From Eisenibacter elegans DSM 3317 (GTDB lineage Bacteria; Bacteroidota; Bacteroidia; Cytophagales; Microscillaceae): 64,000 bases of DNA. Below, one piece after another: positions 19,195-27,500 of this stretch. The notes below the pieces were generated by a model. It ran no database searches. It saw only the letters and a list, made by a program, of their open reading frames with translations, and had not been told where the DNA came from. Position 1 is the first letter of the stretch. Every line of letters starts with the position of its first letter. The stretch lies in contig NZ_AUMD01000021.1 in NCBI RefSeq assembly GCF_000430505.1, positions 128,001 to 192,000 of the forward strand, in the 5' to 3' direction. A program made the position numbers and the translations under genes.

Positions 19195-22008
19195 TTACTC
19201 AGGGTTTACGACCAGCTCTATTCGGTTATCTTGAAATACTTGTTTTGCCAAGGCTTGTAAGTCCTCTTTTTTCAGTTCGTCGATATAGCTCGGGTATGCC
19301 TTTAGGTCGCTCAGAGGGAGTTTGTGTTGGAACATATCGCTCAATGCATTTACCCAAAACTGGTTGCGTTGTTGGTTGGTTTCCCAATCGCGTTTTAGGG
19401 TTTCGGTAACCTTAGTCATATCTTTCTCGCTGATTTGGCCTTGTTGAATCTTAGCGATTTCGGCAAAAACAGCCTCTCGTAAGGTATTGACGTTCTCGGG
19501 CGCACAAGGGAAGCTGACCACTACCGTATACGATGGGTTGGGTGAGGCTGTTAGGCTGGCATTGGCTCCTGTACCATACACACCGCCAATCTCTTCGCGG
19601 AGTTGCTCGATAAGTTTGTTGGTGAGTAGCGAGCCTAGTGCGCTCAGTTTCAAGATATTTTGCGTGGAATAGGGCATACTCCCACCATAGGCGATACCGA
19701 CATAGCTTTTGGGATCACTTCCTTTTTGGAGGGTTTGGCTTAGCGGTTGGGTAGTAAAGCGCAGCCCTAGGTCTTTGGGAGCTTCTTTGCGGTTGCTTAC
19801 GGGCAGAGAGGCTAGGTACTGTACGCTCAATTCCCGCAGTTGGGTTTCATCTACATTACCAGCTACCACTACCGTCATCTTTGAAGCATCGCAGAGGCGG
19901 TTTTTGTAGACTTCAAAGGCTGTTTGTGCCTGAAGACTGTTGAGTATTTCGACCGAAGGCAACACGATAGGCGCACGGGGATGGTCTTGGTAAAAGAGCT
20001 TGTTCAGCTCTACTAGGAAGTAGAATTGCGTATTTGCGCCTAGATTTTGAACTATCCCCGCTGTTTTGTCACGCCAAGTATTGAATGCTTGTTCGCTATA
20101 GCGCGGGTTGGTAATGTATAGATGCAGGAGTTGTAAGGCCGTTTCGAGGTCAGTAGGATTGGTGCTGACATTAATCCCTTGATTGGTGGTGGTGATAAAA
20201 GGGGTTACACGGGCATTTTTACCACTGAGCATTTTTTGTAGGTCTGTATTATCAAATTCTGCTATGCCACCTTCGGCGACAATACTTGTAGCAAAAAAAG
20301 CGTGGCGTTGTTGCTCTTCGGTCAATACAGAGTAGCCGCCGGGGGTGTAGGCATATACCAATATTTCGTCATCTTTGAACTTGGTAGGCTTTACAATGAC
20401 TTCTACACCGTTAGAAAGCACCCAATGTTGTACACCTGGCAACTCTGATAGATTCTTGGTTTTCTTAATGCTTCCGGGCTTGGGTAGCGCCGTCATTAGC
20501 TTGTCTGCCAGTACTTTATCCTGATAAGGCTCCACACGGTTGATATCTACCTGTTTGATAATTTTTTGTATATCCTCTTCGGTAGGAATCTCAAGTTCTT
20601 CTTTTTCGGGAGCTGTAACGATAATCACACGGTTTTCTTTGCTAATCAGGCTTTGAGCCAAACTATTGAGCATAGATAATTCGAGGTTTGGCAGCTGTTC
20701 TTGGACGAAAGCATACATAAACTCTGCGCCCGGGATAGGTTGCTGAGTTAAGAAATGTTGTATATACTGATTGACCAATCGCGCTGATTCGGTGGTGTTG
20801 CGGTCTTTGTAGGCTTTTTCGTAGCGTTGAAGCACCACTTTCTGAGCACGGACAAGCTCTCCCTCCGTGAAGCCGTGGATACGGGCGCGTTTGGCCTCTT
20901 CGAGTAAAATCTTGAGCGCTTCGCGTACTTTACTTTCATTGGTAGCCGAAAACAACTGAAAAACACTGCTTTCGCGCCCTAGGCTACCATCTCCGGCAGA
21001 GGCAGATACTAGTGGTGTACCTTCTTTCTGCATCCATTCGCTGAGGCGGGCGTTGAGCATTTGTGAGACCAACTCCACGGCCAAGTCATTGCGTAGGTCG
21101 TCCAAGGTTTGTGTTGGTTTGAGCGGGTGTTTGTAGTACAGGCGCACTGTCGTAAAGTTAGCCTCCTTGTCTTTGGCTACTTTTACTAGTGTTTCGGCAT
21201 GGCCGGGTACTTCAAATACGGTACGTTCGCGTGGATTTTGTTTTGTAGGAATAGCGCCAAATTGCGCCTTTATTTGCGCCTCCATCTGGTCGAGGTCAAT
21301 ATCACCTACGGCCATAATGGCCATCAAATCGGGGCGATACCAATCGTTATAATATCTGCGGATGGCCTCGTGTTTGAAGTTTTTGATTAGTTCTACATCC
21401 CCGATGGGCAGTCTTTCAGGATAGCGCGAACCGTAATATAACACAGGCAAGTACTGGCGCATCATCCGCTCTTCGCCACCAAGGCGCGAACGCCATTCTT
21501 CTACAATCACGCCACGCTCTTTGTCTATTTCTTCGCCTTCAAAGCTGACAAGATGCGCCCAGTCTTCCAATATTTGCAGACCTTGTTGCACAATCTCAGG
21601 CTTGTCTGTGGGAATGGGGAGAATATAGACCGTTTCGTCGAAGCTGGTGTAGGCGTTGAGGTCTGCCCCAAAGGCTACCCCTACCGACTGTAAGTAGCTG
21701 ACAATTTCGTTTTTGGCGAAGTTCTTAGTACCGTTAAAACACATATGCTCTACAAAGTGTGCCAAGCCGAGCTGATCTTCGTCTTCGAGCAGAGAACCTG
21801 CATTGACGGCCAGACGTAGCTCGACCCGCTTCTCAGGGCGGCTGTTTTGGCGTAGATAATATTTCATCCCATTGGGGAGGATGCCGATGCGCAGTTGAGG
21901 ATCTAGGGGGATTGCTGTTTGATTTTGAGCTGATAAGCTGCTGGTAAGGCATAGCCACAAGCAAGCCAACAACCCCGCAATACGCCAAGGAGTAAGAGAC
22001 TTATTCAT
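19195..22008 (-). CDS. M16 family zinc metallopeptidase (insulinase-like, double-length)
   Basis: Active-site HFVEHMCFNGT (HxxEH) is present. The signal peptide MNKSLTPWRIAGLLACLWLCLTSSLSAQ suggests a start at ATG 22008; the track ORF begins at an upstream GTG at 22059. 937 aa from that start. Confidence 0.85.
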   Translation of the reverse strand: MNKSLTPWRIAGLLACLWLCLTSSLSAQNQTAIPLDPQLRIGILPNGMKYYLRQNSRPEKRVELRLAVNAGSLLEDEDQLGLAHFVEHMCFNGTKNFAKNEIVSYLQSVGVAFGADLNAYTSFDETVYILPIPTDKPEIVQQGLQILEDWAHLVSFEGEEIDKERGVIVEEWRSRLGGEERMMRQYLPVLYYGSRYPERLPIGDVELIKNFKHEAIRRYYNDWYRPDLMAIMAVGDIDLDQMEAQIKAQFGAIPTKQNPRERTVFEVPGHAETLVKVAKDKEANFTTVRLYYKHPLKPTQTLDDLRNDLAVELVSQMLNARLSEWMQKEGTPLVSASAGDGSLGRESSVFQLFSATNESKVREALKILLEEAKRARIHGFTEGELVRAQKVVLQRYEKAYKDRNTTESARLVNQYIQHFLTQQPIPGAEFMYAFVQEQLPNLELSMLNSLAQSLISKENRVIIVTAPEKEELEIPTEEDIQKIIKQVDINRVEPYQDKVLADKLMTALPKPGSIKKTKNLSELPGVQHWVLSNGVEVIVKPTKFKDDEILVYAYTPGGYSVLTEEQQRHAFFATSIVAEGGIAEFDNTDLQKMLSGKNARVTPFITTTNQGINVSTNPTDLETALQLLHLYITNPRYSEQAFNTWRDKTAGIVQNLGANTQFYFLVELNKLFYQDHPRAPIVLPSVEILNSLQAQTAFEVYKNRLCDASKMTVVVAGNVDETQLRELSVQYLASLPVSNRKEAPKDLGLRFTTQPLSQTLQKGSDPKSYVGIAYGGSMPYSTQNILKLSALGSLLTNKLIEQLREEIGGVYGTGANASLTASPNPSYTVVVSFPCAPENVNTLREAVFAEIAKIQQGQISEKDMTKVTETLKRDWETNQQRNQFWVNALSDMFQHKLPLSDLKAYPSYIDELKKEDLQALAKQVFQDNRIELVVNPE

Positions 22009-22456
22009 AAGAGGAATGGGTTTAAGTAATGGGTATTCCCAAATATAGAAACTTTTCACTAATATTTACTTGATTTGAGGACGCACTGTGTTTGATTTAG
22101 GGGTTATTCAATAAATAAATCAGGGATTATTCCACATCATTAGACATTTTTGGTCTTTGTTGTGGTTATGTTGACTCCCTCTTCTTGATGCATATTCAAC
22201 CGCAAAGGGCACAGCGCATACGCAAAGTAACATCCATATTTTAGGCTTTTTAGAAAAGGTCTAGTGGCGTGAGAAAAGATTTAATAACCTAGGATTGGGT
22301 ATAGAGATTCTCTCCCCTCCGAGGTGAATTAGGGGCTTAAATCCTGAAAAATTGCTTTAGGGGCAGGGTTTGTAAACTTATTGCAAAGCATTTGTGCCAA
22401 AGTGTTTTCTTAAAAAAACCTTACTTTACCTATAACCAATACCTAACTTTGACGCA

Positions 22457-22507
22457 TATGTTAGGATTAGCATATTACACCCTAACATAATATTACACCC
22501 TAACATA
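22457..22507. repeat. perfect 18-bp tandem duplication (ATATTACACCCTAACATA x2) preceded by an inverted copy TATGTTAGG
   Basis: Seen directly, ending 7 bp before the ATG at 22515. Candidate operator or promoter element. Confidence 0.6.
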
Positions 22508-22514
22508 ATTGTAT

Positions 22515-22922
22515 ATGGAAACCTTATATGAGGATAGTTTTGTATTGATACAACAAGATTTGTCTCAAAACTTGTTGGTAGACACTTGGTCGGGAGATAG
22601 CGAGAGGCTCGACTCGGAGACGTTCAAACAAATTCTCCTAACTTGGAAAGGCTTGATGCTCGAACATCAGGTGGCGTTTGCCCTGACGGATACGCGTCAT
22701 TTCCGCTTGCCAATGACTCCTGAACTGCAAGAGTGGACAATTGAGCACATTACCAAGGAGCTAGCTGCTAGCAGATATTATCGCAAACACGCTTTTTTGA
22801 TGCCCGAAGAATTTATTGCCGGCTTGGCTATCGAGCAATTTACCCAAGACACCAATGCCGCTGCCGGAGATACACACTTTTTTAGCAGTCTAGACAAAGC
22901 CAAAACTTGGTTGCTTGCTTAA
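22515..22922 (+). CDS. hypothetical ~135-aa protein; paralog of the tandem family at 62637-64000
   Basis: The track ORF begins at TTG 22509; the first ATG is 22515. Alignable over its full length with the three C-terminal paralogs. The block ALTDTRHFRL...LQEWTIE corresponds to YMVDSEFTV...LQDWLNTE. Confidence 0.55.
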   Translation: METLYEDSFVLIQQDLSQNLLVDTWSGDSERLDSETFKQILLTWKGLMLEHQVAFALTDTRHFRLPMTPELQEWTIEHITKELAASRYYRKHAFLMPEEFIAGLAIEQFTQDTNAAAGDTHFFSSLDKAKTWLLA

Positions 22923-23026
22923 AAATGAAGACTACTACAGTATGGATGCAAATGTTACCCGTACTTGGATAATCACTGACTATGACCACGAGGCCTTTGT
23001 GCAGACCTTTGCGTATGAGTCTTAGC

Positions 23027-24352
23027 CTAGCCGCCCATCATCTCGCGTAGGTTGGCCTCAAAATCGTCGTCGTCATCATCATCGCCAAAATCATCTTCAT
23101 CAAAGCTATCAGAATCAAAATCATCTTTTCCGAAGGCGCTAGGGTCAAATTCGGGGGGGTTATTGGGAGGCGATGCCATTGCTACGGGCTCATCGGCCAA
23201 GTAATCGCTAAGGTCATCGTCATCCGCTGCATAGGCGTTCTTTTCTTCGAGTGGCATCTGTGCGAACACTGGCGGTGGAGGCGGGGGCGCTGCACTGCTG
23301 CGCTCTACGGTTTCGGTCTGTACGCCGCCTAAATCTTGCAGAGAAGCTTCTACCCGCTCCATAATGGGAGCCATGAGGTCTTGGGCTACGGGGAAGTAAG
23401 GGGTAAGGTCTTGGGCAAACTGATGCAAATGCGAAGTTTGCAGCCAAATGCTGCCCGTTCCGGCCATAGGCACTAAAATGGTTTGAGCTTGGCCATAGAG
23501 AGTCGTCAGGCGGCGCGCACGGCTCAAGTCCATACTGATAGAAGGCTCATAGGCAATCACATTGGCCAAATTGACTTCGATGACATCATCGTTGAGCAGC
23601 TTTTCGACCATTACGCCATTGCCATATACAAAGGCAGTGCCTTGGCCTTGTAGTTTTTCGAGCACAAACCCGTGTTTGTCGTAGGCGTTGAGCGCGACAT
23701 CGAGGTCATCATAATGACTCAAGACCGCCTCTGCCGAGGCGCAAAGAAAGGCTCCGCGCTGAAAAAGCAGGGTTTGCTCGTGTAGCTCTTCGAGGTCAAT
23801 ACGGACAATCCTACCCATTCGTGGAGCAACAAAGGCCACTGTCCGCAGGTACTCGCTGTTGTTTTGAAAGCGTGTGAGATAAAAATACGGCTTTTCTGTA
23901 GGTGGGGGGGGCTGTGATGGCGGCGGGATATCCTCCTCTTCCTCCAATATGTCGTCTTCCTCATCCTCCCAAGGGGGTAGGTCTGGTGGGAGTGTGTCTT
24001 CTGACTCAAACTCTATCTTTCGTCCACGCACCCAGCTTTTGAGCGCCCAGAAGGCTTTTTCAATCAATGGGGGATTATAATCGTCTTCTTCTTCCTTGGG
24101 TGCGGGGGCATCGCTCCAGTCGTCGTCATCGTCCTCCTCCTCAAAAACCGCCTCTGGCGGCGGTGGGGGCGGAGCTTGTTTGGGCATATAATCTGAGAGC
24201 CTAATGGCTTGTGTTTGGATGGCCACCTCTTCATCGAGGTACAATAAAGCTCGGGCATCGCCCTGAAGGGCGCGGCCGGGTTCGAGTTTGATTTCAAGAA
24301 TCTGCTTGAAATACTCATCAATGACTCGATATGTGAGAGAGGTTTGGCTCAT
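23027..24352 (-). CDS. AIM24/DUF124-family protein with long acidic/proline-rich insertions
   Basis: The C-terminal half carries AIM24-like motifs (GAFLCASAEAV..., GTAFVYGNGVMVEKLLNDDVIEVNLANVIAYEPSISMDL, GTGSIWLQTSHL). The N-terminal 50 aa also look AIM24-like, but are separated from the rest by about 110 aa of D/E/P-rich low complexity. A D/E-rich tail is also present. Confidence 0.6.
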   Translation of the reverse strand: MSQTSLTYRVIDEYFKQILEIKLEPGRALQGDARALLYLDEEVAIQTQAIRLSDYMPKQAPPPPPPEAVFEEEDDDDDWSDAPAPKEEEDDYNPPLIEKAFWALKSWVRGRKIEFESEDTLPPDLPPWEDEEDDILEEEEDIPPPSQPPPPTEKPYFYLTRFQNNSEYLRTVAFVAPRMGRIVRIDLEELHEQTLLFQRGAFLCASAEAVLSHYDDLDVALNAYDKHGFVLEKLQGQGTAFVYGNGVMVEKLLNDDVIEVNLANVIAYEPSISMDLSRARRLTTLYGQAQTILVPMAGTGSIWLQTSHLHQFAQDLTPYFPVAQDLMAPIMERVEASLQDLGGVQTETVERSSAAPPPPPPVFAQMPLEEKNAYAADDDDLSDYLADEPVAMASPPNNPPEFDPSAFGKDDFDSDSFDEDDFGDDDDDDDFEANLREMMGG

Positions 24353-24444
24353 CAGAATAGCAAGTACGTCATTTTTCGTCGAATTTGCACATCAATGGGA
24401 GGGCTTTCGCAAAAATGTGCCCTCATCTACTATCTATAGCTGCT

Positions 24445-24490
24445 GAAAAGACATTGCCCCAAGGCTGCTAAGCTGCAACCTTGGGGCAAT
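24445..24490 (-). terminator. rho-independent terminator after the giant gene
   Basis: Perfect 12-bp stem ATTGCCCCAAGG / CCTTGGGGCAAT with a 14-nt loop. On the minus strand it is followed by GTCTTTTC. Confidence 0.55.
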
Positions 24491-24546
24491 TTGTGGGGGG
24501 CGGATGCCAGTTTGCGGGCGTATACCCAATCAAAACTGCTTTGGAC

Positions 24547-27500
24547 TTAAAATCCGTCATCTCCGCTTTCGCCTGAGTACAGCGCACGGAACTTGCTCAT
24601 AAATGCATCTTTTCGGTCGCTTCCGGCAGGCTGTAGCGAAAACTGCCCGTCTTTGGCTTTCTTGGTTTGTCGCGCATCAATGTCTTTGTTGAAGGCCTCA
24701 TTAGAAGAGACCGCAAAGAGCACGTTGTTGTCCATCTCGAAGAAGTACCAAGAGTTGGCAGATATTTCGACATATACCGAGAAGCCGTCGCTGCTACCAG
24801 ACCCTTTTCGGATTTCGACTGCACCCGTTACGGGGGTGTTGACGATTTTGTTGCCCACACTGAAGAGCATAAAGTTTCCTTTGCTATAGAAAGTACGGAA
24901 CTCGTCGTTCCAGTGTAGCTGTACTCCGCTGATGTTGAGAGGTGAAATCAGGCTGGGCAACATTTCCATTGGCTGTACTGGGCGGCGTTTTTTCTCGGCA
25001 AAGTAGCGCTTCATCTCTCGGTCGCCGGCGATTTCGGCCAAGTTATGTGTCATAGTACCGGCTTCTTCGATATTGTAAGGGTTTTCGGGCTTTTGTAACA
25101 ATACCTCTTCTACCATCTTACTCACAGAAGTAGGAGGAACAGGGGCTTTTAGGGCGATGAAGCTATCGAATTGGTAGGTTTCCTTTTCGGGATTGTATTT
25201 GCATACGCCCACAGTCTGGAGGTGCGGGGAGTGAATAGAATCTAGGAGGCGGAATGGCCCTTCCATAATCAGTTCACCGGTAATGTCATTGAAGAGCAGT
25301 TCACTGCCTACATAGCTCAGTCGGGCGCGGTAGCTCACCGGAGCCAGCTGGAAAATACCGGTGTTGGGGTTGGCTGTCAATTCTCCGCTAGCCAAGAAGA
25401 CATCCCTATCGGAGTTAGATTCCATTGGCGAGATGAAGGTACTGTATAGCTCATTGGCAGCATTGAAATGCAAGCCGGCAGTTAAGATTTGGCCGGCGGC
25501 TGGGGTTTTCTCACGGAATGGCAGCTGGGTGTCGCCAGAGCTACGTTTGTAAGGAATCCAGCTATTAAATCCGGCTCCACTCTTCAAGTCCATTTTGATG
25601 TACCCATCGAGCGCCAAGTTTTTGTCATTGGCAAACATATACACCTTGCCATAATAGAGAATCCCGGTAGTGATATAGATGGGGGCTTCTTCGCTGACAT
25701 AACCCTGCGAAACGGTGATGCGTCTTTTGCCGTCTAGGGCTGCAAAGGAGGTATAGTTTCCAGAGATTTCATCATCAGGAACAGCATCAGGGTCATCAGG
25801 ATCTACTGGATCATCCGAGCCGTCGGGGTTTTTCTTGTTGTCTTTTTCCCGCTCTTTGGTCGACTTCTTGTCTTCTTTTTCTTGTTCAAATGCGGCTTTT
25901 CCGTCTAAGAAAGCCTGTTTTTTTCTCCCTTTCTTGTCATCGGTTTCGGTATCGTTGAGGGTGAGTACGTTTTCAAACTGTTTTTTCTCGGCCTGTACCT
26001 GGGCTGCGTCTAAGAGTCGGAAGTCATCGAACTTGATGTTGTAGATAGTACTGTCTACCTTGTTGTTGAAGGCATAGGTAGCATTGCCTTCGAAATCAAT
26101 TCGGGAGTTGATTTTGATACGCCCATCAAAGAGGTTGTGGTATTGGTTAAGGGTATCAATGACGAGCTTGGCATTGCGTAGGGTTTCGATATCGGCCTCT
26201 CCTCTTACGACCACCCTGCCCGAATCGGGGAGGATACGCGCATCGGCAGAGGTGATATAGGGAACCCCTTCGATGATAAGTCGTCGTTCTTGGGTGTTGT
26301 AGTGTGCTTCGGAGCCATTGAATCGGACATCACGCCCGTCATACGATTCGCCGCCATACTTGGTAGAGGCAAAGATAGAGGTGCTATCGCCCTGCATATC
26401 AATCATATTGGTGGCTGTATTCCAGCGGGCTTCTTGGATATTGGTTTGGAACTTGGCATAAGGGAAGCTAAAGGCCAGATAGTTGATATTGCGAACCTCT
26501 TCCGAAGGCTGTGAGTAAGCAAATCCTTGGCGTAGACTCATATTGAGGTCTACAAAGTTGCCTTTGAGTAGTTCGGGATTATTGACATAAAACGATTGGT
26601 CGGTACTACGGGGGTCTCGTTTGGCAGAATTGACCTTAAATTCGAGTTGTGTTCCTACTAGGCTATCTATTCCCAACATATAAGGATCCATTCCCATCGC
26701 AATCATCTCAAAATCACTTCTTACGGCACTACCATAGCCATACAAGCCGGTAGATTTGACAATCAGCGTGCCATAGAGTGTCATCATCTCAAAGTTGTCG
26801 GCACCATCATTGCCATAGACTTCAAACAAGCGGCTAGAGTATTCGATTTCGTAGCGGTCTTCGCCCAAGAAACCATCGATATATTCTCGATTGTCAATCA
26901 TCAGACTGTCATCGAGCACAGCCCAAGCCATTTTGGCTCGTTCGCCTATGGCCATCGGGAAAGAGGCCTTTTTGGAGCCTATTTTTTCGGCTCGGTCTAC
27001 CTTAAACTCTACCTCATCAGCGTATACATATTTGGGCAAAAAGAGGTATCGTTTGCCGATGGTATTCTCGACCTTGGTACTGAGGAAAGTAATCAGGCCG
27101 GAAGAGAACATCCCTTCTTTGTTCATCACAATAGGTTCGTTGAAGCGAATATGTGCGCCCTCGACGCGGCTTTCTTCCGGGTATTTGCTCAGAATGTCTT
27201 GATGTAGTTCTTCGACCCTTCCCGGCGAGTTTTGAATCATATCTTGAGGAATGCCTAGGTCGTGGGTGGCAATCCATTCTTTTACGTAACCACGCTCGGG
27301 GTAGAGGTCATAGCCCTCGGGGGGTGGGTGGTGTGTAAAGCCCATTTGGCCGCCAGTGCCGGGCAAGCCAACCAACGTTTCTTTGAAGGGCGGAAAAATA
27401 TTACAGCTCATAATTCCGGGGAAGCGTGGTTCCTTGATGTAGAGGCTGTCTAGTTTTACTTCGGGCATAATGAATTTCACCCGGGTAGAGTCATAAGCGC

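Noticed and set aside
22472-22507. Possible CRISPR-like repeat (18-bp perfect direct repeat)
   Set aside because: Only two immediately adjacent copies with no spacer, located in a promoter region. No cas genes are present. Interpreted as an operator or tandem duplication.
23040-23110. GAT/GTC triplet runs resembling a microsatellite
   Set aside because: They encode the poly-Asp tail of the AIM24-like protein, in frame.
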